Source: Epithemia pelagica (taxonomy: Eukaryota; Protista; Bacillariophyta). From it: DNA of 64,000 bases. The notes beneath the pieces were generated by a model. The model made no database searches. It worked only from the letters and a program-made list of their open reading frames with translations, and was not told the DNA's origin. Below, in pieces: positions 59,303 through 64,000 of this stretch (positions are counted from its first letter, which is position 1; each line of letters opens with the position of its first letter). The translations under genes were made by a program, and so were the position numbers. The stretch lies in assembly GCA_946965045.2 (NCBI GenBank), contig OX337236.1:992001-1056000 (forward strand), read 5' to 3'.

Positions 59303-62300
59303 ATGCGATGGACAAGCTCACAATTCTTGAGATTGCGAGCATTGCAACTGCACCCTCAAGACAAGGTCCACATAGATAGATCTAAGACTCTCAAAAACAA
59401 CTTTACGATGACTGTTTTGACTCCCTTCGATGAAGGAGATATGTTCTCTGGTGTGCTTGACGATTCCGGCCCTCCCCCTCTTTCGACGGCCGAGGATTCT
59501 AACAGCGGGACTCCTTCTTTGGCTCAAGTGATCTCCCAGCCTTCATACCATGAGACTCACTACGGGACTGGTGATGAGGATGATTTGATGAGCCTCGATG
59601 GTGCGATTTCCTCCTCCCGTGACGGACGTGCGAACGACGGTTCTGGTGCGAGTGACAACAAGCGCTTCACCTCTCTTGATGATGACGACGACGATTCTCC
59701 GACCCCAAAGAATCAGCCCAAACGTTCCTCTGGTTCAGGTCCTGTCCTCAGCAAGAAGTCTTCCTTGGCCTCCAAGAACCGTACTCCCTCCTCCACCAAG
59801 AAAGCTGCTGCTGTTACCAGTACCGCGACTATGAAGAAGTCACCCCCGATGCACGACCCTTCGTTGCCGACTGTTGAGCTGTCCCGTCGGTCCGATTTGT
59901 ACAAGGTTCCTGTCCCGATCTCTCAGAAGGTTCTTGATTCTGTTGATTGCCTTCACCCTGTTGATTGGTCGGACGCCTTTTGTCTCCAGTTCCATCAGAT
60001 GCTGGATCGACTCCCTAACTCTTGGTTTGAGTTATGCAAGAAGTTCGATATGGTTTCGACGACGGATCACCTGTTTCGCTTCCTCATGTGTGATTTGGGT
60101 GCATCTACCCCCATGGCCTTTTTGGGTATCGATCATCGTAACAAGGTCCGTCTTGTTCACAACCTGGTTGTTGCCCCGAACACGGGAAACCTGCTGAACC
60201 CGACGCCGATTTTTCTGGGTCTTACCCATTCATCGTTTGATGGTGCTCCGATTATGCTCGATCCCGATGATGTTGATGGACTCCTTTTGAACGTTGAGTA
60301 CTCCGATGTCCCGTCGGCCGCTGAGATTTTCAAAGCTTGTTGTTTTGATGACGCCTCCCCAGGTGGAGCCTCTAAATCGACTCCTCGCTCGATTGGTACC
60401 CCTCCCAAGTTTCGTTTTGAGTCTATGCGATTTGGATCCCTCAAGACATCGTCCTCTTCGTATGACGAAACTGACGCTTCCTTTGGTTGCAAAGGTTTGT
60501 TTCCTATCCACCCTGCCATCTCAGGTTTGTTGTTGCATCACTTCAAATCTGTTGGGGTTGGTTCTAATCGTGGTTCTGCTCCAGCCTTGGCCTCTATGGT
60601 CTTCGAGTTTATCCATGATCGTTGGTCGGTGTCAACCTCGGTAGAGACGCGGATGAAGTGCACGTCATTCCCTATGAATCATGATCTTGTTCGACCTTTT
60701 CATGATTTGTTCCGTTTCCTTTGGTTTGCCCATCATCGTGCGTCAAAACTCGAATCTCTCTCTTTTGAGGTTCCCGCGGACCACGATGAAGCAAAGAAGG
60801 TGTTCACTTCTTACTGTGTGAAGATTTTTCCCGAGTTGACACCCCAAGCTCCTTCAGGGCAAAGCCACTCGGTTACCTTTCTCCCTCGAGAAGTTATCGG
60901 AGAGTTTTTCTGATGCGATTGCCAAGCATACAACGACAATTACGCGTGACAAGGATGAGGAGAAGAAAGAGATTTTCAAACATACGACCCATATCAGGAA
61001 TGCAATTGTTTTCAGACAAGTCGGTCCTTCCAGTTCTTCTCTTCCTTCTTGGCCGTCTGAAATTGCTACGGAACTTTTTCGGCAGAAGAGTACCCATACC
61101 CTTTACTCGACCATCCATGCACGTGTCTTTCGCAAGTCGGATAACGCTTGTTACATTCTTTTTGGGCAAGTCGGTGTCCTCCAGAAATTTGGTCTTCGAT
61201 GGCGAGGCAATGATCATCCCAGCGGATTCTCCCCATTCTCCTTCGATCCATATTGCTGTTCTGGTCCGGACTCTCACTTAGCATTGGACCACGACATTCA
61301 ACATGCAATTTATGAGAGCTCGTTGAGAAGTGTCGAGTTTCCCAGCATCTTGATTTGGCGGACACTGAACCAATTATTCTGCCGATCCCAAAAGTTCCAA
61401 TCCCATTGATTCCCCAAGTGTTCTCTGACGAGAAAAGAATTTCCTCTACAGACGTCGCTTCCAAGATTTTGGCTCCCTCTCAGTCGCGTGTTCAATTTGT
61501 CCCCAAGTTTCAGACCAAATTTTTCAACAAGATTGATCCAGCGTGCGCCTTACAAGATTCATCTTCCCCCAAATCGTTAGTCCGGACTCCTTCCATCCTT
61601 CGTCACGATTCTCCGAACATCGATTCCATTCCCCCAAGTTCCGATGGCTCCAGAGTGTCCCCCCCAGTTTCCCCCCAAGATGTACCGACTATACCCTCGA
61701 GTTCGCGTTTGATCGAATCCATTGAAGAAGCTTCAATTCGGAACAGCGCGCCGGACGATGCCTTTTTGAGTGCCACGACTGAGTCCTCCATTATTCCATT
61801 TGGCAAACCTCGACCCCTTGGTTCACCTTCCCCTAACATATCATCCGATCTCTCGGGAAAGTCGCTTCAGAGGAACCTTTCTCGACTACAGAACGAACTA
61901 ATTGCTGGTGAAGAGATGCTAGGTGAGTCCACTACTATCGAATCGACTACTTCTACTGAGAACCCTAGTTCTCCTCCCGTTGACTTTCGGGAATCCCTAC
62001 CAAACGACCCAGCGATGATCTTTGTCAACAAGATCCCACGGCCACCCAAACAACCACCCAAACACCACCATTCCATTGCCACAATCAAGTCTATTTGTTC
62101 TTCCGTTGTACCCACGCCGTCAGCATCCCCATTTCGACATGAGACGTCCGAATCAGCTGCCGAATTCAATTCCAACTTAATCGCAAGCTTCGACCACAAC
62201 CTCCAACGCCTTTTCAATGCATACCCTGGGACTACGATTAGTCCTGGCTCCGAATTTTGTCCATTGAGCTCTATTGCCCCACTGTTACGTCACCATCCGT

Positions 62301-62993
62301 TCTGGGATACGATTCAAGATACTCTCCGCAACGGTACACATTACGAATTCAAAGAACTCCCACCTGATGAAGACAGACAACGAGAGAATGACGCTATCCT
62401 CGCATATGGGAACCACGCGTCTGCCCGATTACGACCCGATGCTTTAGTGAAAGTGTGCAAAAAGGATACTCGGTTTGGATATGCCTTCCCTATCACTTTC
62501 GACTGCGCGCGGTTGTTGGATCAAGGCCGTGCAGGCCCTTTGGGAGTCGCACAGCATCCTGGTATCGATGAACACGGGAACATCATCGTCAAAGACCGTC
62601 TTGCCCACGATCAATCCTTCTCGCTCGGCTTCGCTCCGTCTTTGAATGACCTCGTTGACGAATCAAGCTTGATTGATTTGGTGTTTGGTTGGTGCATCGA
62701 TCGCATCATTCACCAGATCGTTGCGTTGCGCATTAAATACCCCGACAAGCGTATTTTGGTTTGCAAGTTCGACTGCGGGTCGGCCTATCGTCGTATCAAT
62801 GTTGACGGTATCCTCACGTCCAACACCATCACAACGGACGCAAGTGGTGAATTCGCAAACCTGCTGACGAGGCTCTCCTTTGGGGGGCGCCCCCACCCAG
62901 CGATGTTCAGTGCCTTCTCAGAGGCTGCTAGCGATTTATGTAATGACATCGCCGACCTCGATGAATGGAACCCCGAAATTTGTCGTTCTCCGT
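59303..62993 (+). mobile_element. Tyrosine-recombinase-type (DIRS/Ngaro-like) retrotransposon, 5' part: gag-like ORF1 plus RT truncated by a Copia insertion
   Basis: ORF1 59303/59408-60913, continuing in the +1 frame to 61409; ORF2 61316-62993 with RT motifs KDRLAHDQSF, SLND, KFDCGSAYRR, RLSFGGRPHPAMF. YxDD, RNase H and YR not present in the window; left boundary not determined. Confidence 0.72.
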
Positions 62994-63776
62994 TGTTACA
63001 ATTCTTTCTGAATCGTAGGGACATTGATGCTCGGTAGAGCAGACAATCAGGTAGGTCACCAACCGATACAAGCTTCTCAGGGTCAGAGAAGCAAGCAAGT
63101 CGAAGTCTATCAGAAGGATAGTCGGGACACAAAAGAGGATGTGATAAATGGTGATATTGTTAGATTGTGTGTTGATTACTACGATAGGTCTACGTGAAAT
63201 GTTCGGTCCTGCCAAGGGTCATGTGTCATAGGTTCTTGGCGGCAACAGGTTTGGAATAGTTGGAGTCGATTCATGTGATGTATATGACATGTATATGTGG
63301 GCGGATAACATATACAGGGTCAACAGCTCTTGCTTTGGGTTGGCATAGTTGTTTTCATGGCGCGCAGCTTGTTGACAATTTGGAGATTGTGGGAATGGAA
63401 ATATGGTCTCGCGTGATCGTGTATCGTGCTTGGGATACTTAGACCGTTGGATCGGATAGATGCCGATAGCGCTCGGATGTCGCTTGGGCGCGCTCGATGA
63501 TTTTGGGCGCGTACGCTTAGGGCGTTAGTATAATGTCCGAGCAACGGCCAAATTTATGTCCGTTGTAATACCGCACGACCCAGTTTAGTCTTGAGAGTGA
63601 GTTTGTCAATCTATTCTCACTTTTCATGATTTGCGAAGAAATATAGGTCGATATAGCGCGAAGCTAGGGAACATAGCTCGAAGCTAGATGGCATGATGCG
63701 ATAGCACGAGGCTATGTGACATGGGGAATCGATGAGATGTAGAATCTAACCACCATAGGCGGTGAGAATTCTAACA
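62994..63776 (-). repeat. 3' LTR (783 bp) of a Ty1/copia element
   Basis: Minus strand begins TGTTAGAATTCT just after the purine tract GTGGGGAG and ends AGAATTGTAACA (11/12 terminal inverted repeat); the left end coincides with the RT break. Confidence 0.85.
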
Positions 63777-64000
63777 CTCCCCACAACTCGTCGTTTCAGC
63801 CTTGTCATCATTGGATTTGTTGAGGTCTTGAACTTCTCCTTTCCAAAACAACAATGGCTTGAGCATGGGCCAAATAGATACGAAATCCCAATGTTTGCTA
63901 AGGATATCGGCAGGGTTGGTCTTTCCATCTTTCCAGTAGAATGCAACATACTTTGCTGCGATGGCTTCACGAACTCGGTGGTATGACAGAAGATGGTGTC
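63771..64000 (-). mobile_element. Ty1/copia (diatom CoDi-like) pol C-terminus (RNase H) and PPT; element continues beyond the window
   Basis: HHLLSYHRVREAIAAKYVAFYWKDGKTNPADILSKHW..WPMLKPLLFWKG...GEC*; stop TAG lies inside the LTR. Frame missing from the ORF track because it has no start in the window. Confidence 0.92.

Overview
Gene-dense eukaryotic nuclear DNA that looks like a pennate diatom (short GT-AG introns, a bipartite plastid-targeting CYP97, Copia pol tail of the diatom CoDi type); the species cannot be determined from the sequence. About 22 host genes, many in head-to-head pairs: calmodulin and a calmodulin-like paralogue flanking a PGM2-type phosphomutase, a His-rich protein, GEP4-type phosphatase, RetSat-like reductase, ABHD hydrolase, sirtuin, CYP97, an LRR protein and several diatom-type orphans. 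Bases 20-43 kb hold an unusual concentration of chromosome-dynamics genes: cohesin loader Scc2/NIPBL (PHD + Tudor-like), a possible XRCC4/XLF-fold orphan, a type III pantothenate kinase fused to two Tudor-like domains, a divergent TopoVIB-like protein and separase carrying a SAP/HeH-like insert. A tandem pair of unknown membrane proteins with a Cys-tipped beta-hairpin follows. Mobile DNA: a 982-bp-period direct repeat at the left edge, an internally deleted PIF/Harbinger transposon (15-bp TIRs, TTA TSD), and a DIRS/Ngaro-like retroelement whose RT is interrupted by a Ty1/copia element at the right edge. All family assignments come from motif recognition by eye; no database searches were run.
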